64,000 nt of DNA from Microbotryum violaceum (taxonomy: Eukaryota), in the NCBI GenBank assembly GCA_001244265.2, contig LN717261.1, positions 2,309,591-2,373,590 on the forward strand, read 5' to 3'. Below, piece by piece: positions 1 through 13,458 of this stretch. The notes under the pieces were generated by a model. It was not told where the DNA came from. It saw only the letters and a list, made by a program, of their open reading frames with translations, and made no database searches. A program made the position numbers and the translations under genes. Numbering within the stretch: position 1 is the stretch's first letter; every line of letters begins with the position of its first letter.

Positions 1-2544
1 TCAATCCCAACTCCACTCCGCGCTCTACGACCTCCCCATCTCCACCACCGCGCGAGGATCGCCTTCTCTTTCATCCTCTTCAGGTTCATTTGCGATCGAA
101 GAATTATTGGCGATGCAGTTCACGAATACGCGTGAATTGGCCGAAGAAGTAGCCGGTGAATTCGTCAAGGACGTCGTCGTAACCGTGCCCGCTTGGTGGA
201 CTCAATCCGAACGACAAGCTGTGATCGATGCGCTCGACTTGGCTGGGCTGAGATCGATTGGTTTGATCAATGATGGAACGGCTGGTTCGTAATTCACTTG
301 AAAGTTGCGGCGGCGAGAAGGAAAAAAAAAGGAAAAAAGACTGACCCTCCTCTCGGTTTGTGATTTACGTTTCCAGCCGCGGTCAACTATGCCATGACGC
401 GTTCGTTCCCTTCCGAATCGTCCTATCACCTCTTGTACGATCTAGGAGCTGGATCCTTACGTACGACTTTGGTTTCCCTTAAATCGTCCCTCCTGCCCGA
501 CCCTTACTCGTTGGCCTTCAAACCCGAACTCAAGAACGTCACTTCCCTCACCGTCCTTGGCGTAGGCTTCGACGTCCACGTCGGTGGATACGTTTTCGAT
601 AAGATCGTGAGGGATTTGATGGTGGAAGAATTCGAGAAGAACGGTCCAGGTTCCAAAATGGATAAGAAGGCTATGGCCAAGTTGTTGAAAGAGGCGAGTA
701 AGGTTAAGCAAGTTTTGAGTGCGAATACTGAGAGTACGGCTAGGGTAAGTTAGACAATTCTAGGGCGTCTTTTTGAACCGATCCCCACTTTTTTTTGGTT
801 GCTCATATCCTCTTTTTCCGACTCTACCCAGATCGAAGGCCTGATCGACGACATCGATTTCAGCACGCTCATCACTCGTGATCAATTCGAACAACGCAGT
901 CAAGACCTCTTACCCCGTTTCACCCAACCTATTCAACACGCCCTCCTCTCCGCAAACATTACCATTCCCCAACTCGAATCTGTCATTTTAATCGGTGGTT
1001 CTTCCCGCGTTCCAATGGTTCAAGCCGCGGTGGCAGCTTTCGTAGGCGAAGACAAGATCGCCAAGAACGTTAACGCGGATGAAGCTGCCGTTCTAGGAGC
1101 GGCTTTGTATGGTGCAGGTTTAACGAAAGGGTTCAGGACGAAGGATATTCGAGTACAAGATATCACACCTTTCGGTATCGACGTAACTTACCCCGTCGAT
1201 ACTAAAACGAACGAACGAGAACCTCCTAGGATCATCACTACTCATTTATTTCCCTCCGGTTCGAAAACCTCGATCAAGAAAACGATGACTTTGAAAAAAA
1301 CAAAGGATTTCACTCTTAAGTTTTCTTATCAATCTCCTTCGAATGAAGCTTGGAAGGAATGGGTTCCTCAAGATTTGTTCGAAATTAGTTTGAAGGGGAT
1401 TGAAGAGAAGCTGGTCAGTTTGACGGAGGAGACTTTGAAGAACGTTTCGGTTTTGGTGACGATCGAATTGGATGGTTCGAATATGGTTAAAATCGATTCG
1501 GCGACGTTGAAATTGGGGGAGGAGAGGGAGGAGAAGGAGAAGGATAAGGAGGGGATTAATGAGAAGATCAAGGGGTTGTTGACCAAGTTTGGTTCGAAGA
1601 AGGATAAGAAGAAGGAAGGGGCAGGGGAGGGGGAGGGGATGGGGGAACAGAGGGATGAGGAGGGTGAAAAGGAAGGGGAGGAGAAGGATCCTTTGGAAGG
1701 TCTCGACGCGGAGAAATTGGACGAGTTGCTCAAGATGTCGATGCCACCCCCCAAGAGTATTCACTTGACACCTACGACGATTTCGCTCGAACGCGTGCCC
1801 ATGTCCGCGGAGGAGAAGAAGGACGCCCGTACGCGTATGAGGGAGATGAAGCTCGCCGAAACGCGCAAGTTGCAACGCGAAGAAGCGAGGAACATCCTTG
1901 AGGCTTTCCTCTACAAGGCCAAGGAACTCATTACGTCGTCCGAGTTCGAAGGGGCTTCTCAACCTCATGAGAGGAAGATCTTGGAAGAGAAGGTCGCATC
2001 GACGAATGAGTGGTTGTGGGACGAAGGGGATTCGGCACCTACCAAAGACCTCAAAGCCAAGAAGGCTGAATTGGATAAACTCGTCAAGCTCGTTTCGAAT
2101 CGGATCACCGAGGCCAAGTGTCGATCTGCTTCGATCGAATCCCTTAAAGGCACATTGGCGTCCGTGGCTACTTTCGTCGACGCGGCTAAGAAGAATGATT
2201 CAAAGGCCGAGGTACCCAAATATACCAAGGAGGAAATGGAAGGCGTTAGCAAGATGGCCAAGGATGCGGAGGAGTGGTTGGCTGGGTCTAAGAAGAAGCA
2301 GGATGCGTTGAAAAAGTGGGATGATGCGGTGTTGAAATGCGCGGAAATGGATAGAAAGGTCAGGGAGATTGAGATCGAGTTGACGAGGTTGAGGAGGAAG
2401 AAGCAACCGAGGAAGCCGAGGGTCGTCAAGAAGCCCGAGGAGACCAAGGAAAAGGAGGAGAAGAAGGAGGAGACGAAGGGTGAGGAGAAGAATGGATCAG
2501 AGAGGGGTGGGGAGGAAGCGGAACACAAGAAGGACGAGTTGTAG
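1..2544 (+). CDS. LHS1: ER-lumenal Hsp70-family nucleotide exchange factor (Lhs1/Grp170/HYOU1); 5' end lies outside the window
   Basis: Hsp70 motifs VVVTVPAWW, LINDGTAAAVNY, YDLGAGS, ILIGGSSRVP and NVNADEAAVLGA; C-terminal KDEL. Introns 285-376 and 745-831 join the three ORFs in frame. Confidence 0.93.
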
Positions 2545-2783
2545 AGAGTGGGGGTATCCCTCATTCACGATCGCTGCATAACACGTTCTATCGTAGAATA
2601 CATCTCTTTTCTTTCCCCTCTTCTGGAATCTTTGACGACAACATAGCACGTACTCTTTGAGCGGAGCGATATTACATTCGAGAAGCTACTCTCCTCGAAT
2701 TGTGATCCGACGGGAGTCTACCAAAAAAGCAGCAAATAACTTGACATGTCAACAACCTATTCAGTCGTTACCCCAAGCCCCTT

Positions 2784-4894
2784 TCACTCTCCACTCGTCT
2801 CCCTAACCTCCCTCGCCGCGGCCTTCAACGTCGCATCCACATTCGCCTGATGCAATCGAATCATCATGTCCTGATCTTCAGCGCTCAATGCCTCCAAGGC
2901 CCCTTGTTGGTTCGACCAATCGGCTTGGAATCCTTGACGCGCTAGGTTGGTGGAGGCAGTCGCGGAAGTGGGAGGGGTGGAGACTGGGAGGTCGGTGGGG
3001 TTGTTTAGAGGGTGCGTCGAGGGGGTAGGCTGGCCATTCGAAAGAGGCTGTGGGGTATGGGGGACGACTTGAATATCCTCCATGGTGGCTTGGGATTGAT
3101 GATTTGTTCCCAGTATGATGGCCATCGCCGTGTTGATGGAGGCATCCGCGGTAGTATTCGTGGGGGGTGAAATCGCTTCGTTGGAAGGGACTTCAACGTC
3201 CAGTAATGTTTGATCGAGTGGTGGTACGGGCAGGGTCGGAATGTTCTTTTCGACGTTCAGGTCGAGATTGGGAGTCGAAGTTTGAGTATCCCTCGATTTC
3301 GAATTCGAAGCATGTGCAGGCTGGGTCTTTCGACGGGTCCTCACTTTTTTTTGCGGTCGAGGTGGAGTTGCAACTGGCTCGGGCGTTTGAGAGGCCGATA
3401 GAGCGAGTAGGACTGGATCGACGGGGGGAGGGGAACGTCTGCCACGCTTTCGGGTGGATGGTCCTGGCCCTGGCCCTGGTTCGTGCTCGTTCTCGTCTTC
3501 TAATGCGGGAGTTGTTGCTTTTGCTGCGAGAGATCTCAGGAAATCTCGGCATCAGCGACTCAACCTTTTCTCTCAAATCAAGGGACATTGCACTCACTTT
3601 TGCCTTTCCCATTGGCCTCTTTCCTTCTCTCCTCCACCACAATACCCATATACCTCCTAATCTGATAATTTGTACTCTTGACGCCGCCCTCCATACCCTC
3701 TTCCCAAGCCCTCTCTTCAATTTTTTTCATCATCGATTCATCCGTATCACTCTCCCCATCAACTCCCTCACCCATCCCAAAACATCAAGTTCGACGACCC
3801 TCATCTTCTCATAAACCACATGCCAAACTTTATGAACGAGATGAACGACGACCTCGCGATTCGTCATATCAAACATCAAACTGACCATTCCACCACAAGC
3901 GAATTTTTCGACTCGACCTCCCTCACGTTTGTGATCAGTCTTGCGAGCTTTCTTACCATCGCGTGGTCGATCGTTGCGAGAGGTTTGGGAACACGTGTAT
4001 CGAAATTTGAGACCGTGACTGGTGGGGATAGCGTCTTTGAAGACAAAGTGCCAACGAGAAGAGAGGGAGATGTCCGAGATGAACATTGTGGAGAGGGGTT
4101 TGAGCAGGTTGCGCAGATCGGGTATGAGGTGAACGTTTTGGATCGAGGCCTGTGCGTTGAGCTCAAAGATGAGATCCCCGAGTCATGTCGGAGACTTGGT
4201 TGAACGCTGTGGTACGCACCAATTCAGGAACCAAGAAGGCCGCTTCGAGGTCGATCAAATCGGTCTTGTGTTCGACTTGAGTTTCCAACCGATCCAAAAG
4301 ATCTTGGAAAGGTGTGTATTCCGCTTTACTCGGTTTGTGATGCTTTGAACACGTCTGAAACACCGCCCAAAGAACGATGAGTCTCGGGGGAAGAGACGTT
4401 GATCGAGAAGAGGATGATCTGTGAAAACGCACCTTGTGCCACCTCGTCCTGAGAAAATCCCACGAGTCGACCGGCGTAGGCACGGCACCGCCTTTGCACA
4501 ATGCACAGTCGACGCGTGGGGGAGGGCGCCAGTGAGGATTGGTGCTTATGAAGGTGATGGGGACGATACTTGATGGGGCTGGTCCAACGGGTAGAGGTTG
4601 GGCTGGAGGTGCTTGAGCCAAGGCCGGGATGGCGATGGCGATGGCGATGGGCGACTCGGATGCTTGAGCTGGAGCGGAGGGTGTTGCAACTCTGACACGC
4701 TCTTCCTCCATCGCGGCTTGAGCGTCTTCTTCCTGATCCAACCTCTCTTCTTGTTCATCGTTGTTCATCTCCTCTTCGCGCTCAGCTTCAGCGGAAGCGA
4801 CCTCTGATGGAGTGTCGATCCTCTTCGCAAGTGACGACGATGGTGGTGTCCTCTCCGCTTTGACGATCCTTGACGACGACGAGGAAGAGGCCAT
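2784..4894 (-). CDS. Putative DNA-binding protein with a WRKY/GCM1-fold (FAR1/AFT/Mutator-type) zinc domain; two apparent frameshifts
   Basis: ATG at 4894 (MASSSS). CALC...TCSKH spans an intron, then RYTCSQ...RVEKFACGGMV...VHLVHKVWH at about 3810-4010. Frames change at C4 runs 4176-4179 and 3754-3757. Confidence 0.55.
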
Positions 4895-5395
4895 TATTTG
4901 ATGTGTAGCACGAGTACGGTTCAAAGAGGCTTCGTGTGGGGGGGAACAGGGGAACAGGGAACAGGGGAGGTGATGCCACGAACGCCAACCGACGCGCAGA
5001 CGTCGGAACGCGCCTCGGTTTCCCGCCCAACTGAATGTGGGCAACAAGCCCCCCTGCAAATCCCGGAACAGTTTGCATGCGTAACTGGGTCTATCGTTTA
5101 TCATCACTCGCCTTTGACGGTGCTCTTCCATATCACAGCTTGACCAGGATGGGCATCCAATGTCCAATCTTTTCCGACTACGGTTTTTACCACCTTCAAT
5201 TTTTTCCAACCCTTCATCCGAGACTATAAGTATTGGCAATCACGCCGCTCCCGAAATTCCCGAACTTGAACCAGCTCTTCGCGCCAATCCGATGATCAGC
5301 TCCACTCGTCTCGAGAGTTCCCCTCGAATATCGAGGAAGCCGAAACGCAAAAGAAGTTTACAATCATCCCCCAAACCCCCTCCTCACTACACACT

Positions 5396-7554
5396 CTACA
5401 ACAAGTTATGTACCCTCGCCTCCCTGCCCGTCGCCCTATCCCTACCACCACCACTAAAGGTACTCTCCCCTCCTTGCGTCCCCCCGCCCCCGCCCTCGAC
5501 CTCGACCGGCGCCGGATTCAATTCCAACCCATTCCCAAAAGGTCTCCCAACTATCCTTCGACTTTGATCCCTCTTTAATTCGAACCAACCCATCACCAAT
5601 TCCACAACGTCCCTCAGTAGGAGTACGATACCACCTCCATAAGCGTTACGTAACCAAATTGGATCTAGAAGGCTAGAAGTCGAGGGCGTAAAAGTTGAAG
5701 TGAAGGAAGGGAACAAGATGGTTGAGAACCAATTCGTTTTCCTCGAAAGAGTTGAAAGTGAACCATAAGGTGAGGTTAGGAGGAATTGTACACCTAAAAT
5801 GTGACGTAAGGAACGAATCCAACTTGATTTAGGTTGGGTACCTCCTTTCGAAGCGAGCCAAAATAAACCCGTTCCGGCTGTAGAACAAATCGCGGGGAAT
5901 AACAAAGCACCGATCACTAAAGAAGTGAGTCGACCGAATCCGAGTCGTAGTCGATTTCGAATTATCTCTGCTCCTCCACCACCAACACCGGCTGGGGGAG
6001 GTACGACGACACCTCCCGCGGGTTCGGGTTGGGGTTGTACAATTTGTTCGAGTTGAACTTCAGCGACGACTTGAAAACGTGCTGCACCTAATCCTCGACG
6101 ACGATGATCGGGATGATGAGCCAAGGCCTCCGCTCCCTGTGGGGCATTAATCTCGTCTACCTCTTCTTGCAAGTCCATCAACATCCCAGCGAAACCTTGT
6201 AAATCTTGTCCACGACGACCCAAAACGACTTTAAAGACCTTTTTCCTCAAACGGAGGTAGACTAATCGAATCCAGGGTAGTGCGCATAATAATAGAGTAG
6301 GGGATGGTGGGTAGGCGAGGGAGAGGTTGTCCAATCCTAGAGGGTCTTGGCTGGAGTGGAGAGAGTAGAAGGAAGACGAGGAATGGTTTGAGAGGACGAG
6401 GGTGAGAGGGAGGAAGGGGAGGAGCGAGTCGATCAAAGGCGTGCGAGCGAGGATTAGGGTCAGCGGTATCAGGGGGAGGTTGACTGTGGGAAGAGAGAGG
6501 GGGGCGTTAGTGTCGGTGTCCCGAGTCGAAGAAAGAAAGAAAAAAGCCTGAATAGCCGCGCACGTACGCCAATACCTCCACGGCATCCTCTCATGCCTCA
6601 ACAACAACGCGCGGGCGACTTGATTTCCCGCAAATTTTTTGATCGCCCAAGCCCCCCAAGCGGCCGAGACGAAACCGAAACCGGCGACCAGACCCGATCC
6701 AGCGAGGACGATGCTGAGCGAGTGCCATCGTCGTCGGAGGCGCTTGTAGAGAGCGAGAAGGGTCGATCGATCTTGGACGATGACGTAGGGTGTAGCGCAG
6801 ACGGGGCATTTCGCAGGGGTCGATTTGTTGAGTTGATCGGTGGTAACCCATGCCAGGAGGCACTGGAGGAGAAAGCGCAAGGGTGAGAGTGTAGATCTCT
6901 AGTGTGAGGTAAGGGATGAAAAAGAGTACTGACATCGGTATGAGCGACGAGCGTACACTCGCACGCATGAACGAAATCCCTGCCCGGTGTATCGGACGAG
7001 TCCTCGTAACAGACCCAACAGGTCTTGGTCCTCATATCGGCGATACCTCTAAGGCGACCGCTTGGGGCGGTTGATCCCGTGGAAGTGGAGGTGGAGAGTG
7101 CCGAGGATGATGACGAGGCGGCGACCAACGGGGAGGTCGCCGATGGGGATGTGGTCGAGGACGGTGGCGGTGGGCTGCGGGCGATGGCAGTGGTGGGGGG
7201 GAGGTGTGCATCACTTGAGTGCTCGTATGTGATCTCGGTGTTGGTAGAAGCAGCTGCTACGGCCAAATCGTGATCATGATCCTGTTCTCCCTCCTGCTGC
7301 TGTTGCTGTTGTTGCTGTTGCTGCTGCTGTCTCTTTGCGCGATCGATCGACCTAGCGCTCGCGCTCGCCGTTCTCGCATCCTGCCACGACGAAGAGAGCA
7401 TACGGTCATCATCGTTGTCGTCGTCGTCGACATTATCCTCGGAGTGATGCGAGGGGCGGTGGTGGTGTGCTTGAGGTGCTTGAGACGGCGACGGGGACGA
7501 GGTGGAGGATGGGATGGGTGGTCGGAGGAAGGCTGAACTGGAGGAGGACGACAT
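5396..7554 (-). CDS. RING-CH (RINGv) membrane E3 ubiquitin ligase, MARCH5/MITOL-like
   Basis: CWVC...VHACECTLVAHTD|CLLAW...KCPVC is rebuilt across intron 6863-6933, followed by several hydrophobic segments. Confidence 0.85.
7294..7330 (-). repeat. CAG/CAA trinucleotide tract encoding poly-Q in the RING-CH ligase N-terminus
   Basis: (CTG/TTG)n on the + strand; translates to a run of Gln. Confidence 0.9.
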
Positions 7555-7604
7555 GGGGGTCGGGCTAGCGATCGGTTGATGGGATGGGGATCGGCGGTTA
7601 GGCG

Positions 7605-7686
7605 AGGATTGGGATTCGGGATTTGGGATTCGGGATCCGGGAGGGAGAGCGATGATCGAGGAGGGAGAGCGATGATCGAGGAGGGG
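7605..7686. repeat. Short tandem repeats in the divergent promoter between the RING-CH gene and SEC12
   Basis: GGGATT(C/T)-type heptamer about 4-5 times, then two copies of GGGAGAGCGATGATCGAGGAGG. Confidence 0.7.
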
Positions 7687-7897
7687 TCGATTTCCGAGTT
7701 TCTAATCCAAATTTCCAACGCGTATAATAAGCCCATAACTGCACGCGCCTCGTTCGGACGCGACGTCAACGTTCAGCGCTCAGCGCTCAGCTCACACCAT
7801 TTACCGCCTTCTCACGTTGACTCACCCCGCCCATCCTACAACTACGCACCACCCCCCAACCCCACATCCACACCCAATCGGATCGCACCCACCCACG

Positions 7898-9737
7898 ATG
7901 CCACCCGCCGCCACTCCCGAGCTACTCGCTGCCGAACCGGGGGGACCTAAACACCATTGGAGTCTAGACGTTGCTTTCCCAGGTCAGTCCTCTCCACTCT
8001 TGTACGTTCCTAACCAGACCAGAATATGTACTCAGAGAAACTGTTGACAAATACTATACAGTGTATGCGATGGCGTTCATCGATGATGAGACGATCGTTT
8101 TGGGAGGCGGTGGGGGTTCGTCCAGGACTGGAGTCAAGAATAGGTTGGTGAGTTCATCCTATTTCGCAAAAGATGTATCAAAGCATCATATCTCCCGATC
8201 TAGTTCGTCTACAATCGTAACCCCGACCCGCGCCTTCATCTCGTTCGATGACGTTGCAGTTCTCCGCGCGCTGACTCCCTCTCTGATTCCCTGGAAACAG
8301 AGCATGCACAAGATCGACCTCGAAAAACGGCAATTCCACCTCAAAACCGAATACGACTTGTCCAAGACCGAAGATGCGCCGATGACGATCGTCGTTTTAC
8401 CCGAGGTCCGTTCGGGGACAGAGAGAGAATGTGGGGATGGATTCAGATGGTAGCTGATCGTTGTTTATGATCAGACGAAATCATTGGTAGCCGGAATCAA
8501 TTCGGATGCGCAAACGCTCGCAAGGGGGAAGAATGAGAACCTCAGAGTTTTCACCTACTCCGACAAAGAGTGACTTGGCCCTCCCTCCGTATCCTCGAAC
8601 CATCCCCCACTCCCAAAGGCTGACCCTAATCGTCACCCCCATAGGATCATTTACCAGAAACGAAAACAAATCCTTCGCTCCACTTTAGAAGATCACTATC
8701 AAAAAGTTACCGCTTTCGCGAGGACCAAACCTTACCTCCATATGATCGCTTTGGGTTCAACCGATAGTCAATTCTCCGTGTTGACCTTTCCGGAATTGCA
8801 AGAGGTTTTACCGACGATCGAGTACGATGGTGACGAGATGTTTGATGTCGATTTTCATGATGATGCTACGATGGTCAGTTTCAGGGGAATGCCAGAGCCT
8901 TCGGGGGAGCCTTCGGGGGGATAGAACGGGAATAGACTGATCAAACCCCGCCCTTTATCGAACCCATCGCGACAGGTGCTCGGAGCCAGCGCCAATAAAC
9001 TCTGCATCTGGCCTACCCAAGTCCCCGAGGATAAATTCGAACCTCTTTCCGCTCTACAAGTGATCGAACGCCCCACCGTAGCCCCCCATTCATCGTGCAC
9101 GTTCCGCGCCGCCAAATTCGGTCGAAAACTCACTAAAGATCATATCTACACGATCGTTAATTCGACCCCTAAAGTGAGAAGTCGTAAACCGGGCAAAAAT
9201 GATAAAAAGAGTTTTGTGAGCGTTTGGGATGCGAAAGAGTGGAAGTTGAAGAAGACGAGGACGGTTAGTATGAAGCCGATTACGGCGTTTGATATCAGGT
9301 TAGTTTTAGCGCTATGGACGAGTGATCGATCGGGCTAGAAAAGCTGATATGATGATGTGATGATGTGATGATGTGGGTGAGACAGTTCGGACGGAACGAT
9401 GTTGGCGTACGGTTCTTCGGACCTATCAGTAGGAGTCCTAGACGCTCAAACATTACGACCGATCGTTACCATCCTTTCCGCTCACGGCTTTCCAGTCACT
9501 TCCTTACAATTCTCCCCTTCCGGACACCTCGTCGTTTCAGGCTCAGCGGATAATTCGGTACGGATCATTCATGTACCGCCGAGGGATAAGAGGGGGACTG
9601 AAGGGAGGGGTTGGAAAATGGGGTTGGTGTGGACTTTGGTGGTTTTGGGACTGGCGATTTGGATTCAGGGCGTTTGGTTTGGGCAGGGGGTGAGGGAGGA
9701 GGAGGGGAGGGGGAGGGGGGCGGCGGTGGGCATGTAG
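7898..9737 (+). CDS. SEC12: Sec12/PREB-like WD40 guanine nucleotide exchange factor for Sar1
   Basis: FPVYAM...LGGGGGSSRTGVKNRL K-loop motif, WD repeats (AHGFPVTSLQFSPSG...SGSADNSVR) and a C-terminal TM helix; about 6 exons. Confidence 0.88.
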
Positions 9738-11077
9738 GGCTTGAGGGTGATGAAATGAGATCTAGAGCCGGCGTGGTTATTTTATGCTGTATAGTCTTCC
9801 ACTTTTTCCCAGTGTTGCATCAAAAGGTGCTTTACCCAATTCAAGGTCGGTGAATTCGAAAAACGAGTGAGGTCACGACCTCGACCAAGCTCGAGTCAGA
9901 CGACGCACGCTCACGACGACGTACCTCGTGACCCGACCGCCGCCGTCCGCTGTCACTCTTACACCGCACTCCCTACTTCACATCGACTCGGACAAAGCGA
10001 ACAAAAGTCATGTCTTCCCCACCCAATCTACTCGCTGGATACCCCGCTTCAGGTTAGTACCCTTAAACCACTTCTGGGGCTCCCTGTAGTAAAGGTATGG
10101 GAACAAGGGACGACGGTGGAGAGATTGTGGGGCAGCAACTTGAAGGGGAGGCGGAGAGGAAGGAAGGTGGGGGTGGGGTTTTACCGCCTTCCGGGCGCCG
10201 GTACGACGTCTAGTAGTAGTAGTTCGATTGCGGAGGGATGGAAAGGGGGTATGAGGTTCTCTAAGTTGTGGTGAGAAGGTTTACTGAGAACACATTTTTG
10301 CGCTTGGTTCACCACATTTTTGGGGGGGGGGGGGGGGGGGGAATCAACGTAGTCAAAGTCGGTGGAGTACGTCATGCCGATTTGAGTAGTTCGCCACCGA
10401 AGCATCTTCAGTGAGTTTCGAAAACTTGACCGATTCAATGTACCCCTTTTCGTCTCCCAACTAGAATTCACCGGAAAGAAGAGGGTTTTATGGGAGAGAA
10501 CTTGACCGAGCTGATTGAACGCGTCGATTCATTTTAAGTTTCAACCCCTCCTCCTCTACCCCCGGCGGCGGCGTTAAACGAAGGACTTCGATGAGCAAGC
10601 CTTGCGCTGGAGCTGCTCAAGAGACCGAGCAAGGCGCCAAAGAGGGAGGGACACGAGACTTTGAAGGTCGATAAGGAGAGGGAAGGGGGTTATCCAAGGC
10701 CTGAGTGAGGGGCTTGGGGATGGACGATGGACGATGGGGATGAGGGGTGGGGTCACGGTGGGCTTGGCTGGATTTGTCAGTGATCGAGGGGGAGGGGGTA
10801 CTTGGCAGGGTTTTCCGAGCACAGTGGGGTGTTTGTGGTGTCGCGCGAGATCCTTGTTTTCTGTAGTTCTAGTGATTTTTCAACATATACTTCCCTGAAT
10901 TGGATCGAGAATTTAGACAATTTGCCCGACTCGATCGCCAAACTGATTCGGGTGTACGAACTGGCTAAAACGAACGCGGGTTTCGCTCTTGACATCATCC
11001 CAACTTGGGCCCGCTCGAATCGCCCGTTTCTTCTTTCAACCACCACACCTTCATCCCAACGCACCCAATCACGCATC

Positions 11078-12850
11078 ATGTCGGACAAGGAAACCTTGTT
11101 ATCGATGGGATTCTTTGAGGCGCAGGTAAGGTCGAGCAATAAGCTATACGACGTGTTTGAGAGAGGTGCTGACGTATGCGCTCCCCACCCCCTTTGTCGT
11201 GTTCCTGATCGGGCCTACGACGCGTAATCGTGCTCATCAATCATCTTATTTCGAATCAAACCATCGTTCCCTCCTCCCCACCCACAAAACACTTTCCCAC
11301 ACCTCGTCCAACCCACCTCCAACAGGTGATCAAAGCCCTTTCAGCGACGAAAAACGCCGGTCTTTCCCAAGCGTTGGACTACATCGATGAACACGCGAAT
11401 GAACCGAGCGGGTTCTGGGACGTACCGTTTGAGAAACCGGCCAAGACTACGACGGGGGTTGGGGAGCATGAGGAAGGGGATGAAGAAGGTGCGCCTGGTG
11501 GGGCGGCGGAAGCGAAGGTACGTTTTTTTTAGGTGTTTTTCAATTCCAGAAAGAGGGGGTGGGGGTTGAAAGACTATGTTTCTTTTCTTTGGCGTTATTA
11601 TTTTAACGCTACGTTTTATGCTCCGAAATTATCCCCTTGCTCCTCGCCCTTTGGCGAAAAACTTTACCCCCCCCCCCTCCCCCACAGAGTCTGACGTGCA
11701 CCGACTGCGGTAAACGCTTTCGCAACCACGCTTTGGCAAGCTATCATGGAGAGAAGAGTGGGCATGAGCACTTTGAAGAGGTGCGTAATTGGAGGAGGGG
11801 TCGGCTTGTTGAGTAGGGGAGCGTTCGGGAGAGTTTTACGCACTAATTCCACGTTGGTTCGTTTCTTGGTTCTGGTGTCGTTGGATTTGTTCGATGACTC
11901 GGCAGTCGACGGAAGAGACTTCCCCTTTGACCGAGGAAGAAAGAAAGGCCAAACTAGCCGAGGTGGGTTTACGACCATGGGAATGAGCACTTTGCCCTCC
12001 ACTTCCCTTTTGCCTCTCGCTAAAGGACCCCCCCCCCCCTTCTTCCCCGTACCTCCCAATCACAGCTACAAGAACGTATGCTCGCCAAGAAGAAACTCCA
12101 ACAAGCCAAGGACCGCGAAGAAGCTTTGAAGAATGATGCGATTCATCGTAAAACCGGTAAAGACCAAGCGCAAATCAAGGCCGATCTACAACTCAAAGCG
12201 GCGCAACAAGAGGCTGCGCAAAGGGCCAAGGATAAACTGGAGGATGCGAAAGCGAGGGCGACGATCAAGGCTCAGATCGAGGCGGATAAGAAGGCTAGGT
12301 TGGAGAAGGCGAAGAAGGAGAAGGCTTTGAGGGAGGGTGGGATCGTCGATGTTGGAGAGGAGGCGGCGGAAATAGCGGCGGGGACGAGTGCGGGTGGGCT
12401 CAAGAGTGCGAGTGCGCCCGTCAAAACGTATGATCAGACGAGGTTGCAGATTAGGGTACCAGATGGCCCGCCTTTGGTTCATGCTGTAGCTTCGACGGAG
12501 ACGTTGGGGGCGGTGGTGGAGTGGATCCAGGGGCAGACGGGCCTGGATGAACCGGGTTTGAGTTCGGCATTCCCAAGGTGAGTGTTGCAGTCATGGCATG
12601 ATGCGTTAGTTGAAGAATTTTATTGGGCTTACCCTATGTGTTTGCTTTGGGTGGTGCTGTAGGAAAACTTACTCGCCGAGCGAGTACGGCAAGACGATGT
12701 CCGAGTTGGGTTTGGCGCCTTCGGTGAGTTATAAATTTCTACAACCTCCTCGTCGTGGAGGAACATAATAATTCACTGACTCTTGAGCGTGATATAATTC
12801 TATGATTGCTTGCATCGAAACTTTCCTAGGCCGTTCTCATGGTGGTCTGA
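11078..12850 (+). CDS. UBA - C2H2 zinc finger - coiled coil - UBX protein (UBXN1/SAKS1-like Cdc48 cofactor)
   Basis: LLSMGF...KALSAT...ALDYI (UBA), CTDCGKRF...HGEKSGH (zinc finger), TRLQIRVPDG...FPRK...LGLAPSAVL (UBX); multi-exon. Confidence 0.88.
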
Positions 12851-13458
12851 GTGGTACAGGAACCAAAAGACAAATGTGAAGGGTTTGAGCAAACTTTCCT
12901 GGTTGCCCCCATGTGTTCTGATAGGTCCTTTCGTTCTGGGTTTCTGTTATTCTCGCAATTCACAATTTCACTCAAAAAAATAGTAGTAGTAGTGTACCCA
13001 GAGTCGCAGATCTTCGTACAATGGTTGGACTGAAAGACAGTGGTAAGGCGACCGCCGTTGCGTCGATCGATCACGTGCCAACTCGGCCAGCGGGTCCAAG
13101 CGCAAACTGGCGGAAAGTGACGACCAACTTCGCAGGCGTCGGATCGACTCTCCGCTTCTGGACACGATCACTCGCAATTTGGACCGTGTAGGAGCCTCGT
13201 AACTGTCCACGAGCCTACCCGGACGATAATATCATCAAATCCCCAACTCTACCGTCTCCGTAAGGTGTGCTTCAACACCTTTCTTTACCCACTTTCGTTT
13301 GCTCCGCTCCTCGCTCCTGCGCGATCTCCTTCGTGAGCCAGAATCACTTTGGCATCGATCGCATCACTTTGAACTGACCCCCACTTATTCACACTACTAT
13401 AGGTTGTGCTTCATCTCACCCGTATCTACCGCATCTACGTCCCAGACCCCCTTCCAAG

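Noticed and set aside
1246-2564. Long antisense ORFs opposite LHS1 and other genes
   Set aside because: Shadow ORFs from purine-rich, low-complexity codon usage.
10000-10720. Possible small multi-exon minus-strand gene between SEC12 and the UBX gene
   Set aside because: Donor sites are weak, no clear start codon, a frameshift is needed, and no family is recognisable.
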